This document shows, one piece after another, positions 11,001-19,679 of a DNA stretch of 64,000 nt. The DNA comes from Acidimicrobium ferrooxidans (GTDB lineage: Bacteria > Actinomycetota > Geothermincolia > Fen-727 > Anoxymicrobiaceae): the NCBI GenBank assembly GCA_020723485.1, contig DYIU01000001.1, positions 757,850 to 821,849 on the forward strand, written 5' to 3'. Numbering within the stretch: the first letter of the stretch is position 1; each line of letters starts with the position of its first letter. The notes under the pieces were generated by a model. It searched no databases, had not been told where the DNA came from, and saw nothing but the letters and a program-made list of their open reading frames with translations. A program made the translations under genes and the position numbers.

Positions 11001-13977
11001 CTTCGGGGCGACTCGGGGCGGCTCTTACGTGACGTTCGGCGGGGTACAGGCGACCCAGTACACCGGCTGGGCGGACGGCGAGATACGCTGCCTGGTGCCC
11101 GCCGGAGTGTCGGGGACGGTCGACGTGACGGTGACAACGCCGGGAGGCACTTCGAACGCGGTCAAGTTCGGCGTGGCCCCGCACATCGACGGGCTCTCGC
11201 CCGGGTCCGGGACCGTCAACACCACCGTTACCATCGTCGGCAGCGGGTTCGGCCCGGCGCAGGGTGACTCCTACGTCAAGTTCGACGGAGTGAAGGCCGT
11301 GGCGTATGCATCCTGGTCTGACGGTCAGGTGGTCTGCAACGTGCCGTTCGGGGCATGGGGGATAACAAACGTCACCCTGGTCACCGGCGGAGGCACCTCC
11401 AACGGGCAGCGGTTCGTTGTGGTGCCGCACCTGGACATCATGGACCCGCAGTCGGGGATCGTAGGCAGCACCGTTACGCTGACCGGCAGCGCATTCGGGC
11501 CGACCAGGGGAAGCTCATACGTGATGTTCGGCGACACAAAGGTGACCACCTACACCAGTTGGAACGACGTCAAGATAGTCTGCAAGGTGCCCCTCGGGGC
11601 GGCCGGGCCGGTCCAGGTCGGCGTAACGACTGAAGGAGGTGCCTCCAACACGATGGGCTTCAGCGTCGTTCCCGACGTGGACGACGTGGACCCGAACGCC
11701 GGGGTCGTCGGCTCGCAGGTGACGCTGACCGGCACCGGTTTCGGCGGCTCCAGGGGGGACTCCTCCGTGACGTTCGGCAGCGTCCCGGTTACCGACTACG
11801 ACAGCTGGACCGACACGAAGGTGGTCTGCCACGTCCCGGTCGGCGCTTCGGGGAACGTGCCAGTGGTCCTGACGACCGCCGGCGGCTCTTCCGCGCCGCT
11901 CTACTTCAACGTCATACCACGTGTCGACGGGGTCGACCCGGGGTCGGGAGTGGTCGGGACCGCGGTCACGATGGCCGGCGCCGGCTTCGGTGACACCCAG
12001 GGCGACTCATTCGTGGCGTTCGGCGGGGTGAAGGTGGTGGACTACCAGTCCTGGGCGGACAACCAGGTAGTGTGCCTGGTCCCGCTGGGGGCGCACGGGG
12101 ACACAAGCCTGACGGTCACGACCGGGGGCGGCACCTCCGCCGGAGCCGACTTCAAGGTGATACCGAAGATAGACGGCATCGACCCGGCGGCAAGCCAGGC
12201 CGGGACCCAGGTCACGATAAGCGGCAGCGCGTTCGGCGACGACCAGGGGACCTCGTTCGTCACGTTCGGCCCGTTCACCGTCACGGACTACGTGTCATGG
12301 TCCGATACGCAGGTCGTCATCGAAGTCCCGAACGACGCGTTCGGGCAGGTGCAGGTCAGCCTGACCACGGACGGCGGCGAGTCGAACCAGGTCGGCTTCA
12401 ACGTGCTCCCCTACATCAACGACGTCCTGCCGCCCTCCGGAGGCATGAGCACCACGGTGAGCGTGGAAGGAAGCGGCTTCGGCACCTCCAGGGGGGACTC
12501 GATGGTCCTGTTCGGCACCACCGAGGCGGCCAGGTACACCTCCTGGTCCGACAGGGTCATAAAGTGCGTCGTCCCCGTAGGGCCGACCGCCGGGACCGTC
12601 CGGGTGGTGACCTCGGGAGGCACGAGCAACGGCGAGGACTTCACAGTATTCACGCCGACCTGGTACCTGTCAGAAGGAACGTGCGCCTGGGGTTTCAGCA
12701 CTTACATAACGATAATGAACCCCAACCCCGAGGCGCTTACCGCTTCGGTCACGTACATGATCCCCGAGGGCGCGGGCAAGGCCGGCGGCGGGGTCCCGCC
12801 GATGAAGGTGGACCTCCCGCCGAACAGCCAGACCACGATAAACCCGATGGACTACCTGAAGTTCGAGACCGACTTTTCCACGCGCGTGGATTGTCTTGAG
12901 GGGAAGATGATCGCCGTCGACAGGACGATGCAGTGGACCGGCGCGGGAGCCCCATCGTTCGAGAAGCAGTGCTCGGTAGGGACGGTGGCACCGGCCACCC
13001 ACTGGATGCTGCCCGAGGGCTCGGCGCTCTGGGGCTTCGAGACGTGGCTCACCCTGCAGAACCCGGGTGACGCACAGGCGAACTGCGAGGTCACCTACAT
13101 GATTGAGGGCGGCGAGCCCCGCAAGGTGACGCACAAGCTCGCGCCGAGGTCGCGGACGACATACGGACTGGTCGAGGAGGTCGGCCGGGTGGACGCCTCC
13201 GTCGAGGTAGACTCCGACCTGCCCGTCATCGCCGAGGGGGTCATATACAGGAACTCCCGCCGCGAGGGCAGCTCCTCTGTCGGCACCACGCTCCCGGCCC
13301 ACGGCTATTACGTCGCCGTGAAGGGCAGGGGCCTCTCGCACGACCAGTTCCTGGCGGAGGGCACCACCAGGGAAGGGTTCACCACCTTCCTGGAGCTGCA
13401 GAACCCCAACGCCGAGGCCGGCTGGGTCCGTGTCCAGTACATGACCGAGGACGGCGTCGTGACCCAGCCGGAGTTCACCATGCCGCCCATGTCACGCAAG
13501 ACGATCAGGGTGAACGACGTGCTCCCCGGCAGGGATTTCGGGATACACGTGCACGGCCAGCACCCGGTCGCCGCGCAGAGGACCATGTACTGGGGCGCCG
13601 GGACGCCGGCGGGCGAGGCGACGCACGGGACCATCGCGATGACCGACCTGCACAACGCGTTCTACTTCCCCGACGGGCAGACCTCCAACGGGTGCGAGAC
13701 GTACACCGTCCTCCAGAACCCGAACAAGGGAGCGGTCTGGGTGGAGGTCAGCTACCTCTCCGCCGAAGGCGATGTGCTGTCCCGGTTCAAGGTGGAAGTG
13801 CCGCCGGGCTCGCGGCGCACTCTCAACATGGCGGACAAGGTCAAGGACCGCAGGGCCTCGGTGCTCGCGCGCGTCGTCTGGAGCGAGCAGCGCATCATGG
13901 CCGAGCGTGTCATGTACTGGAACAACCGCGGCGCCGGAGCGTGCTCCATCGGAGGTTTCGAGGACAGCCTCCCGTAG
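8020..13977 (+). CDS. Giant secreted repeat protein (~1985 aa): 4 type-A repeat modules, a unique middle region, 9 tandem IPT/TIG domains, 4 type-B repeat modules
   Basis: ATG at 8020 preceded by GAGGGG, giving a signal-peptide-like N-terminus (MDVFARHKMLFVVPVIAAAVCIVLTATG); the ORF is open from 7933. Type-A modules begin WY[ML][AP]EGYTGGxFxTxVxxQNPG and end ERAMY[YF]D; nine 82-aa repeats match the IPT/TIG pattern (P.I.G..P..G..G..VT..G..FG...G.S.V.FG........W.D..I.C.VP.G..G.V.V.V.T.GG.SN); type-B modules begin W[YM]L.EG[TS]..WGF.T[WY][IL]...NP. Confidence 0.8.
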   Translation: MDVFARHKMLFVVPVIAAAVCIVLTATGLIVPPVTKAADLNQGDVARLLQKTWYMAEGYTGGSFQTWVAVQNPGAQKANVSMEFQVPAGRPAPAPYAFELPAKTRKSVRLDDIPGLENTEVSTRVSADVNIYAQRSMYFDENGRQGGSSTMAAAIPDFEWYLAEGYTGGTFETFVCIQNPGPDTCKVTMSFNLLAGGAADPYAFDLPGRTRRTVKLDDLPGLMGTDVSTRVSATQPVVVERAMYYDYFGKDGGDCSLGQTSTDTEWYIPEGYTGDSFDTYVLVQNPGTEEAAVRLNFQLSGGEDGETRAFKMAPGTRRTVKLDELPGLDSAEVATVISSDKPVVAERAMYFDRAGSDDGHSSPASDSISDVWQVPEGCTSDGFETYLSVQNPGDSQVEVTLEFQPAPGYEIEPYKFEVQADGRESVSLNRIDGFPETDVSTTVRATAPVIVESSMYYDRVGMNGGHSCLGVIPNTLMPNGVMLDQASEALVTSAPDGQVVFSSSNDLIDSIEVDDVVCGMPCEGAPSGFMRKVKEVQHAGSVVTLITEQAALQEFVRYGFFYGTHDPAGGARQGGFDVTVPFNVDLSSYGNIKGEVSVGVSVDISIHIKWKGWWIFKVPVGFTFRMAAGFQQSANFTLTAGDNFTLDKEVKIKTFYLSPIDAGPLVFFPRVSIYVGFTGNLARGTVLSCGESLSAQAGFGYDDGWYTISNFDPGASADASLPYASMDAKPYIREALECLLYDIVGPYIDVMQYIRLHSDPAADPWWVVYAGVQADGGIDIDLLIWTLKWHGKIYGYEWQIKSAPPKPKITGINPNPSATGTQVTLSGSSFGGAKSPSWYVTFGGTRASEYGPWSDGSITCTVPGGLSGRVTVQVFNDGGLSAGADFGVQPHIGGVSPPSGKTGSNVTVTGTSFGASRGSSYVCFNGVGSPGYSSWSDSSVTCEVPAGISGVANVTVTTSGGESNWFQFNVIPDLDAVTPASGTIGSEVKLTGNAFGATRGGSYVTFGGVQATQYTGWADGEIRCLVPAGVSGTVDVTVTTPGGTSNAVKFGVAPHIDGLSPGSGTVNTTVTIVGSGFGPAQGDSYVKFDGVKAVAYASWSDGQVVCNVPFGAWGITNVTLVTGGGTSNGQRFVVVPHLDIMDPQSGIVGSTVTLTGSAFGPTRGSSYVMFGDTKVTTYTSWNDVKIVCKVPLGAAGPVQVGVTTEGGASNTMGFSVVPDVDDVDPNAGVVGSQVTLTGTGFGGSRGDSSVTFGSVPVTDYDSWTDTKVVCHVPVGASGNVPVVLTTAGGSSAPLYFNVIPRVDGVDPGSGVVGTAVTMAGAGFGDTQGDSFVAFGGVKVVDYQSWADNQVVCLVPLGAHGDTSLTVTTGGGTSAGADFKVIPKIDGIDPAASQAGTQVTISGSAFGDDQGTSFVTFGPFTVTDYVSWSDTQVVIEVPNDAFGQVQVSLTTDGGESNQVGFNVLPYINDVLPPSGGMSTTVSVEGSGFGTSRGDSMVLFGTTEAARYTSWSDRVIKCVVPVGPTAGTVRVVTSGGTSNGEDFTVFTPTWYLSEGTCAWGFSTYITIMNPNPEALTASVTYMIPEGAGKAGGGVPPMKVDLPPNSQTTINPMDYLKFETDFSTRVDCLEGKMIAVDRTMQWTGAGAPSFEKQCSVGTVAPATHWMLPEGSALWGFETWLTLQNPGDAQANCEVTYMIEGGEPRKVTHKLAPRSRTTYGLVEEVGRVDASVEVDSDLPVIAEGVIYRNSRREGSSSVGTTLPAHGYYVAVKGRGLSHDQFLAEGTTREGFTTFLELQNPNAEAGWVRVQYMTEDGVVTQPEFTMPPMSRKTIRVNDVLPGRDFGIHVHGQHPVAAQRTMYWGAGTPAGEATHGTIAMTDLHNAFYFPDGQTSNGCETYTVLQNPNKGAVWVEVSYLSAEGDVLSRFKVEVPPGSRRTLNMADKVKDRRASVLARVVWSEQRIMAERVMYWNNRGAGACSIGGFEDSLP

Positions 13978-14162
13978 GAGCTGCGCCGAGGCGGGCCGTA
14001 CTCTGAGAGCGGCGCGTGGAACTCCTTTCCGCGCGCCGCCTTCGCTTCTCCGCCAATTTGCCCTTGACTTCCCGTACAAATATAATCTTCCCTGACCGAT
14101 TCGGGAGGGTTGCCGGCGCTGGGACGCGTCCAGATTCCGGCCCCACTGAGGAAGGGGGCAGC

Positions 14163-14951
14163 ATGAGAGGGAAGAGGCTTATGACTGCGGCGCTGGGGCT
14201 CGTCCTCGTGGCGCTGCTGGCCGTGCCGTTCGTGGCCGGCTGCGGGTCGTCCAGCTTCACCATCAAGGAGGGCAAGCTCCTGATGGGCAGCGACACCGCC
14301 TACCCACCGTTCGAGAACATGGAGAACAACAAGGCCGTGGGCTTCGACGTCGACATCGCCGAGGCCATCGCCAAGAAGCTCGACCTCGAGCTCGAGGTCA
14401 TCTCCACGGCGTGGGACGGGATCATCCCGGGTCTCAAGTCGAACAAGTACGACATCATCATGTCGGCGATGACCATCACCGAGGACCGCAAGAAGCAGAT
14501 AAACTTCTCCGACCCTTACATCGACAGCGACCAGTCCATCGCGGTGGTCACCGGTTCCCCGATAAAGGATGAGGCCGGCCTTAAGGACAAGGTGGTCGGC
14601 GTCCAGCTTGACACCACAGGCCAGTTCAAGGCCGAGGAGATACAGAAGGCCGGGGGCCTCAAGGAGATACAGAAGTTCGACACCATCCTGCTCGCCTTCC
14701 AGGCGCTCGAGCAGGGCAAGGTCGACGCCATCATAAACGACTACCCCGTCAGCCAGTACATCTGCATGACCCGCGGCAACAAGACCACTGTTGTCGCCAA
14801 CATCAAGACCGACGAGCAGTACGGCATCGGCGTGAACAAGGACAACACCGACCTGCTCGACAAGGTGAACGACGCCCTCCAGGAGGTCAAGGACGACGGC
14901 ACCTACAACGAGGTCTACATGAAGTGGTTCGGCGTGGAACCCGCCGAATAG
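14163..14951 (+). CDS. Polar amino-acid ABC transporter substrate-binding lipoprotein (SBP family 3)
   Basis: ATG at 14163 inside the longer ORF from 14016; lipoprotein signal with lipobox VAGC; family-3 SBP sequence (DTAYPPFENMEN...GFDVDIAEAIAKKL...YDIIMSAMTITEDRKKQINFSDPY). Confidence 0.85.
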   Translation: MRGKRLMTAALGLVLVALLAVPFVAGCGSSSFTIKEGKLLMGSDTAYPPFENMENNKAVGFDVDIAEAIAKKLDLELEVISTAWDGIIPGLKSNKYDIIMSAMTITEDRKKQINFSDPYIDSDQSIAVVTGSPIKDEAGLKDKVVGVQLDTTGQFKAEEIQKAGGLKEIQKFDTILLAFQALEQGKVDAIINDYPVSQYICMTRGNKTTVVANIKTDEQYGIGVNKDNTDLLDKVNDALQEVKDDGTYNEVYMKWFGVEPAE

Positions 14952-14980
14952 CACAGTCCTTGTAGCATCACAGTTGTCGT

Positions 14981-15009
14981 GGGCCTGCGTTCATTTCGAG
15001 CGCAGGCCC
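14981..15009 (+). terminator. Intra-operon hairpin between the SBP and permease genes (candidate partial terminator)
   Basis: GGGCCTGCG-TTCATTTCGAG-CGCAGGCCC followed by ATGTTTCTCT; 30 bp after the SBP stop. Confidence 0.4.
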
Positions 15010-15136
15010 ATGTTTCTCTAAAGGAGAAGGTCAGATCCCGGAGCACAGGGAAGGGTACGAGTTCAACCAGGAGGGCCAGCCGGTCTCTCTCTTCGAGAGG
15101 CAGGATGTAAGCGGGTGGGCCAAGGCCTCGCTCCTC

Positions 15137-16003
15137 ATGGGCATTGCAGGCCTCACGTTCCTCCCCGTCATCGGGGCCATCCTTGCGATAGTCTTCGCGG
15201 CCAGGGCCAAGAAGCAGATACTCACCTCGGACCTGGAGGGCATGGGACTGGCAAAGGCCGGCCGGACCCTGGGCATAATCGGGATAGTGATCCCGGCGCT
15301 CGCGCTCATCCTCTTCCTCCTGCGCGACAACGTGAGGGCGTTCATCGACGAGTTCTTCGACCTGGAGATAATGAAGGAGTCCTGGAGCTTCCTGCTCAGG
15401 GGCCTGGTCGTCACCCTCGAGCTCGCGCTGGTATCGGAGGCCTGCATCCTGGTGCTCGGTCTGATAGTCGCGCTCATAAGGATATCGAGGATAAAGGTAT
15501 TCCGCTTCATCGCCGCGGTGTACATCGACGTCATCAGGGGCATGCCCCTCCTCCTGCAGATAATAATCATCTACTTCGGGCTTTCGTACCTCGGATTGAA
15601 CCTCAGCCGGTTCACAGCGGGCGTCCTTGCGCTCACCATATGTTACGCCGCGTACGAGGCGGAGATATTCAGGGCCGGCATCGAATCGATCCACAAGGGC
15701 CAGATGGAGGCAGCCCGCTCGCTGGGCATGACCTACCTGCAGTCCATGCGCTTCGTAGTGCTGCCCCAGGCGGTGCGTAGGGTCATCCCGCCGCTTTCCA
15801 ACGAGTTCATAGCGCTCTTGAAGGATACCGCCCTGGTGTCTGTCATCGGGCTGGGCGAGATGATGCTCAGGGCGAGGGAGCTCATGGGGACCAAGGCGAG
15901 CGTCACGCCGCTGGTCGTGGCGGCTTTCTTCTACCTCATGATAACCATCCCGCTCATGAGGCTTGTCCAGGTCATGGAAAAGAGGCTTTCGAAGGGTGAT
16001 TGA
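15137..16003 (+). CDS. Polar amino-acid ABC transporter permease
   Basis: His/Glu/Gln/Arg-type permease; multiple TM helices; conserved EAA-like loop region ([27 protein letters not shown]). Confidence 0.85.
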   Translation: MGIAGLTFLPVIGAILAIVFAARAKKQILTSDLEGMGLAKAGRTLGIIGIVIPALALILFLLRDNVRAFIDEFFDLEIMKESWSFLLRGLVVTLELALVSEACILVLGLIVALIRISRIKVFRFIAAVYIDVIRGMPLLLQIIIIYFGLSYLGLNLSRFTAGVLALTICYAAYEAEIFRAGIESIHKGQMEAARSLGMTYLQSMRFVVLPQAVRRVIPPLSNEFIALLKDTALVSVIGLGEMMLRARELMGTKASVTPLVVAAFFYLMITIPLMRLVQVMEKRLSKGD

Positions 16004-16790
16004 GACGGAAGACGAGAACACGGAAAAGAAGACGCAGGCAGAACAGTCCGACGGACCGATGATACGCGTCCTGGGCCTGCACAAGAAGTTCGAGGACTTC
16101 GAGGCCCTCCGGGGCATCGACCTCGACGTGCTGCCGCAGCAGGTGGTGGTCGTGGTCGGGCCGAGCGGCTCGGGCAAGAGCACCATGCTAAGGTGCATCA
16201 ACGGGCTCGAGCAGGCGACCCGCGGGCAGATATTCATCGAGGGCATCGACATCACTCACCATGCGACGGATATCAACGAGGTGCGTCAGAAGGTCGGGAT
16301 GGTGTTCCAGAGCTTCAACCTGTTCCCTCACCTGACCGCCCTGAAGAACGTGACCCTCGCCCCCATCAAGGTCAGGGGGATGGACCAGGACGAGGCGAGC
16401 GAGAAGGCCTTGAAGCTGCTCGAGAAGGTCGGCCTGAGCGACAAGGCCGACGCTTACCCCGCGCACCTCTCGGGAGGCCAGCAGCAGCGCGTCGCGATCG
16501 CCAGGTCGCTCGCGATGGATCCCGACGTCATGCTGTTCGACGAGGTCACCAGTGCCCTGGACCCCGAGCTGGTCAAGGAGGTCCTCGACACAATGCAGGA
16601 CCTTGCCCGCGAGGGCATGACCATGGTGGTGGTCACTCACGAGATGGGCTTCGCGAAGGAAGTCGGATCCCGGCTCATCTTCATGGACGAGGGGATAGTG
16701 GTGGAGGACGGCGACCCGGAGCAGGTGTTCACCAACCCGCAGCACCCGCGGACGCAGGAGTTCTTCTCCAAGATCCTCTCACATATATAG
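15996..16790 (+). CDS. Polar amino-acid ABC transporter ATP-binding protein (GlnQ-like)
   Basis: Walker [10 protein letters not shown]; signature [16 protein letters not shown]; Walker [13 protein letters not shown]. Start placed at GTG 15996 (GAAGG upstream); the ATG at 16059 ([11 protein letters not shown]) is an equally plausible start. Confidence 0.85.
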   Translation: MIETEDENTEKKTQAEQSDGPMIRVLGLHKKFEDFEALRGIDLDVLPQQVVVVVGPSGSGKSTMLRCINGLEQATRGQIFIEGIDITHHATDINEVRQKVGMVFQSFNLFPHLTALKNVTLAPIKVRGMDQDEASEKALKLLEKVGLSDKADAYPAHLSGGQQQRVAIARSLAMDPDVMLFDEVTSALDPELVKEVLDTMQDLAREGMTMVVVTHEMGFAKEVGSRLIFMDEGIVVEDGDPEQVFTNPQHPRTQEFFSKILSHI

Positions 16791-16807
16791 AGGGGCCAGG
16801 CCCGCGA

Positions 16808-17770
16808 GTGCAGAGCAACAATCCACGAACAGAGGGCGCAGATTCGCCCGGTGCGCGGCCGGGACGCCGGCCCCTGCTCAGTGACAGGCGCCGCGCCGAG
16901 TTCCTGCTCATCAGCATAACCGTCGTCTGGGGGCTGACCTTCGCGCTCATCAAGAAGAGCCTGAAGGACATACAGCCGTTCGTCTTCATGTCCTGGCGGT
17001 TCTGGATAGCGGCCTTTCTCATGGGGGCCCTGAGTGTCCCGAAGCTCCGCGAGCTCGACTGGAAGATAGTGCGGGCCGGGGTCCTGCTGGGCCTCCTGCT
17101 CTACGCCTCATACTCGTTCCAGACGTTCGGGCTCCAGTACACCACGGCGAGCAACGCCGGGTTCATAACCGGGCTGTTCATAGTCTTCACGCCCATCCTG
17201 GCCACCGTCTTTCTCGGGCACCGCCCCGACGCCAAGTCGGTCGCGGCGGTCGCGATCGCCCTGGTCGGCCTGGGCTTCCTTTCCATTCAGTCGGGCTTCA
17301 CGGTGAACGCCGGGGACGCGCTGGTGCTGGCGTGCGCGTTCTGCTACTCGGTGCACATAATCCTCCTGGACGGGTACGTGAAGAAGCACGACCTGGTGCT
17401 TCTCACGTTCCTGCAGATGCTGGTGCTCGCGGTCGCGTTCACCGCTTCGGGGCTCATCTTCGAGGATTTCATCGCGCCGCCGAACGGGTTCGTATGGATG
17501 ACCATCCTGGTATGCGGGGTGCTCGCCTCCGCGGCGGCGTTCTACGTGCAGGCCTATGCCCAGCGGATCCTGACCCCGGTGCGCACCTCGATGGTGCTCA
17601 TAATGGAGCCGGTCTTCTCGGTCATCTTCGGGATACTTATCCTCGGCGAGGTGCTCACCTTGCGCAGCTGGGTGGGTTGCGGGCTCATCTTCGCCGGCAT
17701 GCTGCTCACCGAGCTGCCGATAGGCCGCAGCGCGGAGCCATCACCGCCCGGGCCGGGGGCCCAGGCCTGA
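16808..17770 (+). CDS. EamA/DMT-superfamily transporter
   Basis: About ten predicted TM helices in two EamA-like halves; start set at GTG 16808 because the upstream part of the ORF (from 16193) overlaps the preceding ATPase gene in another frame. Confidence 0.7.
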   Translation: MQSNNPRTEGADSPGARPGRRPLLSDRRRAEFLLISITVVWGLTFALIKKSLKDIQPFVFMSWRFWIAAFLMGALSVPKLRELDWKIVRAGVLLGLLLYASYSFQTFGLQYTTASNAGFITGLFIVFTPILATVFLGHRPDAKSVAAVAIALVGLGFLSIQSGFTVNAGDALVLACAFCYSVHIILLDGYVKKHDLVLLTFLQMLVLAVAFTASGLIFEDFIAPPNGFVWMTILVCGVLASAAAFYVQAYAQRILTPVRTSMVLIMEPVFSVIFGILILGEVLTLRSWVGCGLIFAGMLLTELPIGRSAEPSPPGPGAQA

Positions 17771-17815
17771 GGGACCCCGGCCTCCGGCCCCGGAACGCTG
17801 CCGCTCCCTCCCCGG

Positions 17816-18034
17816 CTAACCCTGCACGTTCCATCGCTGCAGGACCATCTCCGCCTCCTCGGGGGTGTTGTATGTGCCCTCGGGCAGGTTCTCGATGAAC
17901 CAGCGCCTCTCCTCCTCCGGGATATCGGAGACGTTGTTGCAGGCCTGGATAATGTCCTCTTTCGTGGCAGGCCAGGTCTTGATGTGCTCCCGCAGGTGAG
18001 TGGTCACCTCTTCTGACATCATGTGCATCTCCAT
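17816..18034 (-). CDS. Small DUF2795-like protein (hypothetical)
   Basis: 72-aa ORF; the pattern WPATKEDIIQ...LPEGTYNTPEEA resembles the short DUF2795 family as I remember it; assignment not verified. Confidence 0.45.
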   Translation of the reverse strand: MEMHMMSEEVTTHLREHIKTWPATKEDIIQACNNVSDIPEEERRWFIENLPEGTYNTPEEAEMVLQRWNVQG

Positions 18035-18204
18035 TCGAGCTCACCTCCTCGGCGCGTGCTGACGGACGGCCCTCCGCCGGCTCCGCCCCGCCTCCACCCG
18101 GGAGCAGCTTGTGAGAAATACCATTCGGGCGGGCCCCGACGATTCCTGCATCCCCGAACAATCCAGGCGTTACGCTCTGGAAAGACCACGCCAGGCGAAG
18201 GCTG

Positions 18205-18233
18205 GTTGAATATCACATAAATATGTGTTATAC
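18205..18233 (+). promoter_or_regulatory. Candidate sigma70-like promoter of vapBC with a palindrome in the spacer
   Basis: TTGAAT (18205-18210), 17-nt spacer, TATACA (18228-18233); the spacer contains the palindrome CACATAAATATGTG (18213-18226); the region is locally AT-rich. Confidence 0.4.
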
Positions 18234-18272
18234 ATGATTTTGTGTATCCATGAGATCTGGGAGTAAGCTGAA

Positions 18273-18515
18273 ATGGCTAAGAGGAACATAACCCTCGCCC
18301 TTCCCGAGGAGCTAATCAAAAAGGTAAAGGTACAGGCCGCGAGGGAGGGAAAGTCGATAAACATGTACGCGCGGCAGGCCCTGGAGGAACGCCTGAGGGA
18401 GCGGTCGGGTTACGCCGCAGCGATGAGGCGACAACTGTCAGCCATGGAATCGGGCGCTTACATGGGAACAGGGGGGAAGGTGGAGCTCACAAGGGACGAA
18501 GTGCATGAGCGGTAA
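18273..18515 (+). CDS. vapB: Ribbon-helix-helix (CopG/VapB-like) antitoxin
   Basis: 80 aa; N-terminal RHH-like segment (NITLALPEELIKKVKVQAAREGKSINMYARQALEERL); overlaps the downstream PIN gene by 11 bp. Confidence 0.7.
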   Translation: MAKRNITLALPEELIKKVKVQAAREGKSINMYARQALEERLRERSGYAAAMRRQLSAMESGAYMGTGGKVELTRDEVHER

Positions 18516-18939
18516 GACTTTCGTGGACACGAATGTGCTGGTCTACGCCTACGACCGCTCACACGCCGGAAAGAACGAGACCGCGAGGTCGCTGGTGGCC
18601 GACCTGTGGGCCTCGGGCCTGGGAGTGTTGAGCACGCAGGTGCTCCAGGAGTTCTTCGTCACCGTCACGGCGAAGGTGCCGCGACCCCTCAAGATCGAGA
18701 AAGCACGCGAGATAGTGCGCGACCTCCTCAGATGGGAGGTTGTGGTCAATGACGCGGAGTCACTGGTCGGCGCGGCCGACCTGCAGAAGAGGTACGGGTA
18801 CTCGTTCTGGGACTCGCTCATCATCCGCGCAGCGGTAGAAGCGGGCGCGGACATACTCGTCACGGAGGACCTCGCAGCGGGACAGACCATCGGAGGAGTG
18901 ACCATCAGGAATCCGTTCTCTGGAGGGACAGGTGGCTGA
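18505..18939 (+). CDS. vapC: PIN-domain toxin (VapC-like)
   Basis: 144 aa; PIN acidic residues in the expected order (FVDTNVLVYAYD...E...D..I...A......LVTEDL). Confidence 0.8.
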   Translation: MSGKTFVDTNVLVYAYDRSHAGKNETARSLVADLWASGLGVLSTQVLQEFFVTVTAKVPRPLKIEKAREIVRDLLRWEVVVNDAESLVGAADLQKRYGYSFWDSLIIRAAVEAGADILVTEDLAAGQTIGGVTIRNPFSGGTGG

Positions 18940-19600
18940 CGGCTGGACAGACATATCGGTACCGATAATGCCGGGGATTCCCGTGTGGCCCGGTGACCCG
19001 GAGGTCGAGGTATCGAGGCGCCTTTCGATCGACGGGGGCGACGATTTCAACATATCCGTGGTCACGATGAGCTCGCACACGGGCACGCACATGGACTCCC
19101 CTCTCCACTTCATCGCCGGCGGCGCAGGGCTGGAGAGCATGCCGCTCGATGCCACGATGGGACCGGCGAGGGTCATCGAGATATCCAGCCGCGTCTGCAT
19201 CGACCCCGACGAGCTTGTTTCCCACAACATAGGCCCCGGACAGCGCCTGCTCTTCAAGACCGCGAACAGCCTCAGGCGCTGGTGGGAGGAGCCGTTCACG
19301 GAGGACTACGTGTTCCTGTCGCTCGCCGGGGCGCGGTTCCTGGCCGAGCGCGCCGTTGCGTGCGTCGGCAGCGACTACCTCTCGATAGCCGGCGTGGGCA
19401 CGGACGCGGCCGAGACCCACGTGACCCTGCTCGAGGCGGGCGTCTGGATAATCGAGGGACTCTTCCTGGGCGGAGTCGAGCCCGGGGATCACGAGCTGGC
19501 TTGCCTTCCCCTGCCCCTGCAGGACGCGGACGGGGCTCCCGTCCGCGCCGCGCTACGAATGGGGTCATACCACTTTCGTTCCACTGGCAACACTGGTTGA
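18932..19600 (+). CDS. Cyclase-family protein (kynurenine formamidase-like metal hydrolase)
   Basis: GTG start at 18932 overlapping the vapC stop; motif HTGTHMDSPLHF matches the HxGTHxDxPxH signature of the cyclase/arylformamidase family. Confidence 0.7.
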   Translation: MADGWTDISVPIMPGIPVWPGDPEVEVSRRLSIDGGDDFNISVVTMSSHTGTHMDSPLHFIAGGAGLESMPLDATMGPARVIEISSRVCIDPDELVSHNIGPGQRLLFKTANSLRRWWEEPFTEDYVFLSLAGARFLAERAVACVGSDYLSIAGVGTDAAETHVTLLEAGVWIIEGLFLGGVEPGDHELACLPLPLQDADGAPVRAALRMGSYHFRSTGNTG

Positions 19601-19679
19601 CTTTAAGAACAGACATAGCGTAACTCCGGTCAACCGTCTATATGGTGCCGACGGCATGACGAAAGTGGTCTGACCCCGG

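Noticed and set aside
16193-16807. Upstream extension of the EamA transporter ORF giving a 525-aa protein
   Set aside because: The extension runs through the ABC ATPase gene in another frame and translates to low-complexity Arg/Gly-rich sequence; the first transmembrane helix begins just after 16808.
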